64,000 nt of DNA from a virus (lineage: Duplodnaviria; Caudoviricetes): positions 1 through 64,000 of IMG/VR virus record IMGVR_UViG_3300005512_000006; one strand, 5' to 3'. The position numbers and the translations under genes are program-made. Below the pieces are notes generated by a model, which was not told the origin of the DNA, made no database searches, and saw only the letters and a program-made list of their open reading frames with translations. This document shows, piece by piece, positions 58,670 through 64,000 of the stretch (the stretch's first letter is position 1; each line of letters starts with the position of its first letter).

Positions 58670-58939
58670 TTGGCTGTTTCCGCGACTGTACGAAAGACAC
58701 TCGCACAAAAAGCAAAGGGCACCAAGTTTACGACCGGAGATCTTGTAAAAGTATATAGTCGTGGGCAAGGTGCCTTTCTTTCGAGTGGGTCTCGTCCAGG
58801 CATGACAATGCAGAGATGGGCCTATGCTCGTGTGAATTCGTTTTTGCGAGGTTCTCGCAAGCACGACACCGATATTCGTCGTACGAGAAACAAAAGTGCC
58901 GCAAAAAAGAAGACGCGTACCAAAAGACGCAAAAAGTAA
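58670..58939 (+). CDS. Basic protein (RGQGA..SGSRPG..WAYARVNSF)
   Basis: GGAGAGG RBS, TTG start. Confidence 0.75.
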   Translation: MAVSATVRKTLAQKAKGTKFTTGDLVKVYSRGQGAFLSSGSRPGMTMQRWAYARVNSFLRGSRKHDTDIRRTRNKSAAKKKTRTKRRKK

Positions 58940-59111
58940 AATTCCGAAGAAGTATCTTAGCGGAGTAAAGGGCGGAGAACGAGTTCGCCTTGCGTCTGTA
59001 ATTAAAAGAATTGCCAAATTATATAAAGAGGGAAAACGCATTCCTCAAGCGCTGGTAAATGAAAGGGTGAGGCTTGGAACTTCAAGACGCAATCGACGCA
59101 GTAAACGCTAA
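58896..59111 (+). CDS. Basic protein (IPKKYLSG)
   Basis: Lys/Arg-rich; coupled. Confidence 0.65.
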   Translation: MPQKRRRVPKDAKSKIPKKYLSGVKGGERVRLASVIKRIAKLYKEGKRIPQALVNERVRLGTSRRNRRSKR

Positions 59112-59469
59112 GTTTAAATATAAAAAAGACGAAGGTATTGATCGCTGGGAAGTAATGGGTTCCGATATGCAAGGAGATTGTGAGGACTATGCTCTTACAA
59201 TTTCTTATCTGCACTCTGGAAGCTGGAAAACTTTCTTTTGGCGTTGGATGACCGGGTACTACAAAATGTGGTACGTTACTACTAAGAAAGGCCGAGGTCA
59301 CGCGGTTCTTGAAGTCCAAGGTAAATACATCGATAACTTTTATCGAGCTCTAGTTCCAGAAATGAAACTTCATGATTTTAAAGGGGTCTACCCTCGTTTC
59401 ATACTCATCGGAAAACTTTTCTGGTCTTTAGTATTGGAATTAAAAGATGCCCTACGTCGTAAGAGGTAA
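59074..59469 (+). CDS. Transglutaminase-like cysteine proteinase (BTLCP/LapG-like)
   Basis: D.W...GDCEDYAL...GHAVL...IDN (Cys-His-Asp). Confidence 0.78.
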   Translation: MELQDAIDAVNAKFKYKKDEGIDRWEVMGSDMQGDCEDYALTISYLHSGSWKTFFWRWMTGYYKMWYVTTKKGRGHAVLEVQGKYIDNFYRALVPEMKLHDFKGVYPRFILIGKLFWSLVLELKDALRRKR

Positions 59470-59593
59470 GACCGTTTACAAGAAAACCGGAAAGAAAATA
59501 GCGACAGCCAAATCTAAAAGCAGTGCAGGTAAAATGGTTCGTCTACTAAGAGCAATTGAATATGGCGGATTTAAACCTCGTCGCAGAAAATAA
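59447..59593 (+). CDS. 48-aa basic protein (MPYVVRGKTVYKK...)
   Basis: Read by eye. Confidence 0.6.
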   Translation: MPYVVRGKTVYKKTGKKIATAKSKSSAGKMVRLLRAIEYGGFKPRRRK

Positions 59594-60155
59594 GTTTCTT
59601 TTGATGTTTACGCCGAAAGCTGCGAATAGCGCTATGAAAACAGCTATTCGTGAGTGGGCAGGCGGAAGTACTCACCCAGACAAGCTACATGGAGGCTGGA
59701 AAAGAGTCCCTCTTGAAGAGATTCCTTTCAGCCCTCTTTTTAAGGTAGCTTGCGTAAGAAATCCTTATGATCGCTTAGTGTCTTGCTGGAAACAAAAACT
59801 CTGGGAAGGCGGTAAAAGCAGTATCACAGACACGAAGGGTTTTTACGCAAAGATGCCTTTTGATGAATTTATTGATCGAGTGTGTGAACTCCCTTTTGAG
59901 GAACACAATATTCATTTTAGGCCAATGCATCTTCATATTCCCTGCTGGGATTATCTCATTAAGTTTGAGACACTAGAACAAGACTGGGAGAATATGATGA
60001 AATGGTTTGGTCTTCCAAAGTTAAAACTTATTAACTCTTCTACTCATCGCCCTTGGCGAGAGTATTATAGCATACAAACCGCTTTGAAGGTTGCAGAGAA
60101 ATTTGCCAAAGACCTGGAAATGTTTGAATACGGAGATTCAGGTGTCAAGAAATAG
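59562..60155 (+). CDS. Sulfotransferase family 2-like protein
   Basis: PKAANSAM (5'PSB), VRNPYDRLVS (3'PB), HFRP, DLEMFEY. Confidence 0.82.
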   Translation: MADLNLVAENKFLLMFTPKAANSAMKTAIREWAGGSTHPDKLHGGWKRVPLEEIPFSPLFKVACVRNPYDRLVSCWKQKLWEGGKSSITDTKGFYAKMPFDEFIDRVCELPFEEHNIHFRPMHLHIPCWDYLIKFETLEQDWENMMKWFGLPKLKLINSSTHRPWREYYSIQTALKVAEKFAKDLEMFEYGDSGVKK

Positions 60156-60864
60156 TTTTGTAGAGTGGAATTATCTCAACATTGCAAGAGGGCTCGTTCC
60201 TGGTGCAAGTATTATTCATAAGTTTGGTGCAAATTTTGACTGTGATCAAGGAACGGAGACTCTTTGGACGGTTGGGGGTATTTATCCTTGGGGAACTTTA
60301 GCTACCGCTACTGCGTTGGATGTAATTTCTTCTACGGATGACGATACTGGAGAGAGCGTAGCAATTGAAGGTCTCGATGCAAACTATAATCCTCTTCGAG
60401 AAGTTGTAGTTCTTACTGCGGCTGACGGTACCCCCACGAATGCTACTACTCAAAATAGTTTTATTCGAGTCTTTCGTATGTACGGAACTTCAAATGGGGG
60501 AGTAGCAGGAACTGTAAATGCCAGCATCGGAGCAACCGTCGTAGCACAGATTGCTGCTGGACGAGGGCAAAGTCTTATGGGAGTTTATACAGTTCCCGCA
60601 GGCAAGACGGGGTATCTTCTTTGCGGAGACTCTTCCATTTCCAAGGGCGGCGACGGGCAAATTACGATGATGGCTCGAATTTTCGGAGAAGGAGGTTTTC
60701 GAGTCGCTCATATAGCAGAACTATATGATAACTCTTATCGTTATGACTTTCCCGTACCTTTAAGAATTTCAGAAAAATCGGATATTGACATTCGCTTTAC
60801 TACAGCAAATAATAACTTTAAAGTTACTTGTGCGTTCGACATTATTCTCGTCGACGGAGCTTAG
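60091..60864 (+). CDS. Putative virion protein; start uncertain
   Basis: IARG..G..IHKFG.N, FIRVFRM, YTVPAGKTGY, I.EKSDI. Confidence 0.6.
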   Translation: MQRNLPKTWKCLNTEIQVSRNSFVEWNYLNIARGLVPGASIIHKFGANFDCDQGTETLWTVGGIYPWGTLATATALDVISSTDDDTGESVAIEGLDANYNPLREVVVLTAADGTPTNATTQNSFIRVFRMYGTSNGGVAGTVNASIGATVVAQIAAGRGQSLMGVYTVPAGKTGYLLCGDSSISKGGDGQITMMARIFGEGGFRVAHIAELYDNSYRYDFPVPLRISEKSDIDIRFTTANNNFKVTCAFDIILVDGA

Positions 60865-60874
60865 GAGAAAGTAA

Positions 60875-61021
60875 ATGCCAGGACATTATGGTAACAAAAA
60901 GCCGATGGGCGGCAAAAAGCGGAAAGGCGGCAAGAAGTCTATGGGCTTGACAGCAAAGCAGAAAAAGCTGCCGATGGCTCTTCAGCGAGCAATTATGAAA
61001 AGAAAGAAGCGTGCCCGCTAA
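60875..61021 (+). CDS. 48-aa Lys-rich protein (MPGHYGNKKPM...LTAKQKKLP)
   Basis: AGGAG RBS; read by eye. Confidence 0.7.
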   Translation: MPGHYGNKKPMGGKKRKGGKKSMGLTAKQKKLPMALQRAIMKRKKRAR

Positions 61022-61265
61022 AATTGTAACTCGCCTTATGCGCCAGCTGCGCGGAAAGGGGGTCAAGAACCCCAAAACTGCCGCGTATGGCCTTTTAAAT
61101 AAAGCTGGATTACTCAAAGGTACTAAACTTACTGCAAAAGGACGACGAAGAAACGCAATGACTCCAGGCCAGAGAGCAAAAGCAAGGGCTGCAAAAGCCT
61201 CTGGACGTCCTGCAAGGGCCTATAAGTACAACAAACGTACAAATAGAGCAAAATTGAGAAGATAA
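61011..61265 (+). CDS. Basic protein
   Basis: Lys/Arg-rich; coupled. Confidence 0.7.
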   Translation: MPAKIVTRLMRQLRGKGVKNPKTAAYGLLNKAGLLKGTKLTAKGRRRNAMTPGQRAKARAAKASGRPARAYKYNKRTNRAKLRR

Positions 61266-61555
61266 TGCCTCGTAAAGCAGACTCCAGATTGAAGCGAGCA
61301 GGCGTAAAAGGCTACAACAAGCCGAAGCGCACTCCCAGCCATCCCAAAAAATCTCACATTGTGGTTGCAAAGGTGGGTAGCAAGGTAAAAACCATTCGAT
61401 TCGGTCAGCAAGGCGCAAAAACAGCAGGCAAGCCTAAGAAAGGCGAAAGCGAAGCAATGAAAAAGAAGCGCGCCTCTTTCAAAGCTCGGCATGCCAGAAA
61501 TATCGCAAAGGGCAAAATGAGTGCAGCCTGGTGGGCCAACAAAATTAAATGGTAG
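61265..61555 (+). CDS. Basic protein (IRFGQQG..SFKARH..SAAWWA..W)
   Basis: TAATG coupling. Confidence 0.75.
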   Translation: MPRKADSRLKRAGVKGYNKPKRTPSHPKKSHIVVAKVGSKVKTIRFGQQGAKTAGKPKKGESEAMKKKRASFKARHARNIAKGKMSAAWWANKIKW

Positions 61556-61675
61556 CCCCGCTGTATAGGTTTTTATTACTAACTAAGCAAAAATATTCTT
61601 TGACATTTTTAGTCTATTGTGCTATTATGGTAAAGTGGTAAATTAATCAAAATAGCATAAAAAAGGAGACTAAAT

Positions 61676-62188
61676 ATGCCAAAAGCACTAGAATTACCGC
61701 CTGAAGTTTTTCAAAGAGAAGATGGAAGATGGTGTAAGCCGTGCCCAGAATGCGGAGAAATGCAAGATTACCTAAGAAGAAATTATGCCATTGAATCTTT
61801 TCGGCTAGGAAAAACCTGCAAAAAGTGTTCTAATAGAAAAACTGAGAACTGCCATAGAGGTTTTGTAGGTAAGGTTAGAATATCCCACTTTAATAAGTTT
61901 AAGGTAGGCGCAGAAACCAGAGGATTAGAGTTCTCTATAACTCCAGAATATGTGCAAGAGTTATGGGAAAAGAATAATTGCTGCTGCGCTCTTTCAGGCG
62001 TGCCAATTGACTGGGAAGGTATTCCTGTTAATAATATTACAGTATCTTTGGATAGAATTGATTCTTCTAAGGGTTATGTAGAAGGAAATGTTCAAGTTGT
62101 TCATAAACATATTAATATGATGAAACAACATTATGATAATAAATACTTTATTAAACTATGTCAAGCTGTAGCAAAGCATACCTCTTAG
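61676..62188 (+). CDS. HNH-like (His-Me) endonuclease
   Basis: CPEC..CKKC, CALSG, SLDRIDSSKGYVEGNVQ..IN.MK; own promoter and AAGGAG. Confidence 0.8.
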   Translation: MPKALELPPEVFQREDGRWCKPCPECGEMQDYLRRNYAIESFRLGKTCKKCSNRKTENCHRGFVGKVRISHFNKFKVGAETRGLEFSITPEYVQELWEKNNCCCALSGVPIDWEGIPVNNITVSLDRIDSSKGYVEGNVQVVHKHINMMKQHYDNKYFIKLCQAVAKHTS

Positions 62189-62463
62189 GATTTGCGTTGC
62201 TAGGCGGATGCTCTATCTCGGGGTCGCTCGAACTACTCGATCCCGAAGGGTCTCGCTCAGACCCAATGAATTATTATTATGAAGTCCGTGGAACTTATCC
62301 AGGCAAGAAACCCCTATTTTCGAGTGCTGAGTTCATACAACTAAGACAAATGCCTCCTCAGCGCAAAGAACTTCTGGAAGATGACTTGCTGGAACAAAAC
62401 AGAAGGGAAACGGAGTTTTTTGAAAAATGGATAAAAGATCCTCTAAACGCTTTATTAGATTAA
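62158..62463 (+). CDS. Putative lipoprotein
   Basis: LLGGC lipobox. Confidence 0.5.
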   Translation: MSSCSKAYLLGFALLGGCSISGSLELLDPEGSRSDPMNYYYEVRGTYPGKKPLFSSAEFIQLRQMPPQRKELLEDDLLEQNRRETEFFEKWIKDPLNALLD

Positions 62464-62552
62464 ATGTATTGCTTCTTTTCCTATTCATACTTGAAAAAAT
62501 CAGGGACTTAGTAAACCTCGAGTAGGGAAAGAAGCATTTTATAAGGTTACTT

Positions 62553-63281
62553 ATGATAGTTTTTATTTCTGATATTCATTTAGGTTCTCGACACGCAAAA
62601 GCTGAACAATGCTATGAGTTTTTGTGCTCTGTTCAACCAGAAAAGTTGTATCTTGTTGGGGATATTATTGACGGCTGGAGGCTACAAAAGAAGTGGTACT
62701 GGCCTCAGAAACATACAAAACTTCTAAAAAAGATAGTAACTTTATCTCAAAAAGGTACTGAAGTAATTTACGTTACGGGTAATCATGATGAATTTCTTCG
62801 TAGTTGGGCGCCTTGTGATGTTGGAAAAATTAAAGTTGTTAATCGGGCAGATTTAGAAATAGAAGGAAAAAAGTATCTTGTGATTCATGGGGACTTTTTT
62901 GATTACCTTATGAGATCTCAGTTTGGCCAATTAGTTATGAAATTAGGCGATAAGGCTTATGACGCTGTAACTTATATAAATTTATGGATTACGCGTATTC
63001 GTAGATGGCTAGGTTTAGATTATTGGTCTCTTAGCAGGTACCTTAAAAGTAAAGCAAAAAATGCTGCTAACTATATTGGTAACTTTGAGGGCGAAATGGC
63101 AAAATATGCTCGTAGCAAGGGGTATGATGGAATCATCGCGGGGCATATACATTCTGCGTGCAATCGAGAAATTGAAGGAATTCATTACTTGAATACTGGA
63201 GATTGGGTCGAAAGTATGACAGCAATTATTTACGACGGAAAATGGAAAATTAAAGAATGGAAGTCAGCAGAAAAGATGTAA
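62553..63281 (+). CDS. PlcP/LpxH2-like metallophosphoesterase
   Basis: SDIHLG, GDIIDGW..K.WYWPQ.H, GNHDEFLR, HGDFFD, GHIH, YLNTGDWVES. Confidence 0.85.
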   Translation: MIVFISDIHLGSRHAKAEQCYEFLCSVQPEKLYLVGDIIDGWRLQKKWYWPQKHTKLLKKIVTLSQKGTEVIYVTGNHDEFLRSWAPCDVGKIKVVNRADLEIEGKKYLVIHGDFFDYLMRSQFGQLVMKLGDKAYDAVTYINLWITRIRRWLGLDYWSLSRYLKSKAKNAANYIGNFEGEMAKYARSKGYDGIIAGHIHSACNREIEGIHYLNTGDWVESMTAIIYDGKWKIKEWKSAEKM

Positions 63282-64000
63282 TTATTGACCACATTGTGGA
63301 AAGCGAGGATCCTCGTAGGTTCATTAAACTACCAATCGAAGGCTATCTTGAGCTTCTTGGCATTGAGCCTATTCCCTCTCAGGTGGCTCTTATCAATGCA
63401 ATCAATTCGCCAAAGTATAGATTTGTGTGTGCGGCTTTGTCTCGACGCCAAGGAAAGACTTATATCGCTAATATCATTGGACAACTCATTTCGTTGATTC
63501 CAAATTGCCACATTCTTATCATGTCTCCAAACTACTCGCTGTCTCAGATCTCTTTTGATTTGCAGCGAAACCTCATTAAGCACTTTGACCTAGAAGTAGC
63601 ACGAGACAACGCAAAAGACAAAGTTATTGAGCTTACAAATGGCTCGACCGTAAGAATGGGATCCATTAATCAGGTCGATTCCAGCGTGGGTAGAAGCTAT
63701 GATCTGATTATTTTTGACGAAGCCGCCCTCGCAAATGGAAGAGATGCATTTAATGTGGCTCTCAGACCAACGCTGGACAAAGATAACTCAAAAGCGATCT
63801 TTATTTCTACTCCTCGAGGTAGAAACAATTGGTTTTCTGAATTCTTTTATCGTGGTTTTTCCGATGAATTCCCCGAATGGGTATCAATCAAAGCAACTTA
63901 TTTAGACAATCCTCGTATTTCTCAAACAGACATTGACGAGGCGAGACGAACAATGAGTGAAGCTGAATTCGCTCAAGAATATATGGCAGACTTTAATGTT
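63257..64000 (+). CDS. terL: Terminase large subunit, T5-like; runs off the window edge
   Basis: MEVSRKD..., SRRQGKT, VGRSYDLIIFDEAA, ISTPRG.NNWF, EFAQEYMADF. Confidence 0.93.
   Translation, partial: MEVSRKDVIIDHIVESEDPRRFIKLPIEGYLELLGIEPIPSQVALINAINSPKYRFVCAALSRRQGKTYIANIIGQLISLIPNCHILIMSPNYSLSQISFDLQRNLIKHFDLEVARDNAKDKVIELTNGSTVRMGSINQVDSSVGRSYDLIIFDEAALANGRDAFNVALRPTLDKDNSKAIFISTPRGRNNWFSEFFYRGFSDEFPEWVSIKATYLDNPRISQTDIDEARRTMSEAEFAQEYMADFNV

Overview
A 64-kb piece of a lytic T5-like (Demerecviridae-type) tailed phage genome, probably aquatic. In order it holds the end of the tail-fibre region (1-3950) and a minus-strand T5-syntenic replication block. That block runs nrdB/nrdA, D15, D14, D13/D12, D11, D10, phoH, family-A DNA polymerase split by a group I intron with a LAGLIDADG endonuclease, primase, D6, D5, two-part NAD ligase, D3 and D2. 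Next come an interrupted lysis cassette, thyX and a long run of small early genes, including an unannotated ribosomal protein bS21 and two tRNAs. A largely non-coding region at 49.8-53.3 kb resembles the T5 terminal repeat / injection-stop region. It contains a 16-bp tandem array, mini-hairpin repeats, three sigma54 motifs, two Fur-box-like palindromes, many opposing sigma70 promoters and A2-like paralogues. The window ends with an operon of exported pilin/chaperone-like proteins, terS, very basic small proteins, a PlcP-like phosphoesterase and the 5' part of terL. The most notable candidates are the host-factor binding-site cluster, the exported pilus-like operon, a PlcP + Agt-like lipid-remodelling pair, and several promoter/terminator-bounded small RNAs. 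All family calls are by-eye motif recognition; no database search was run.
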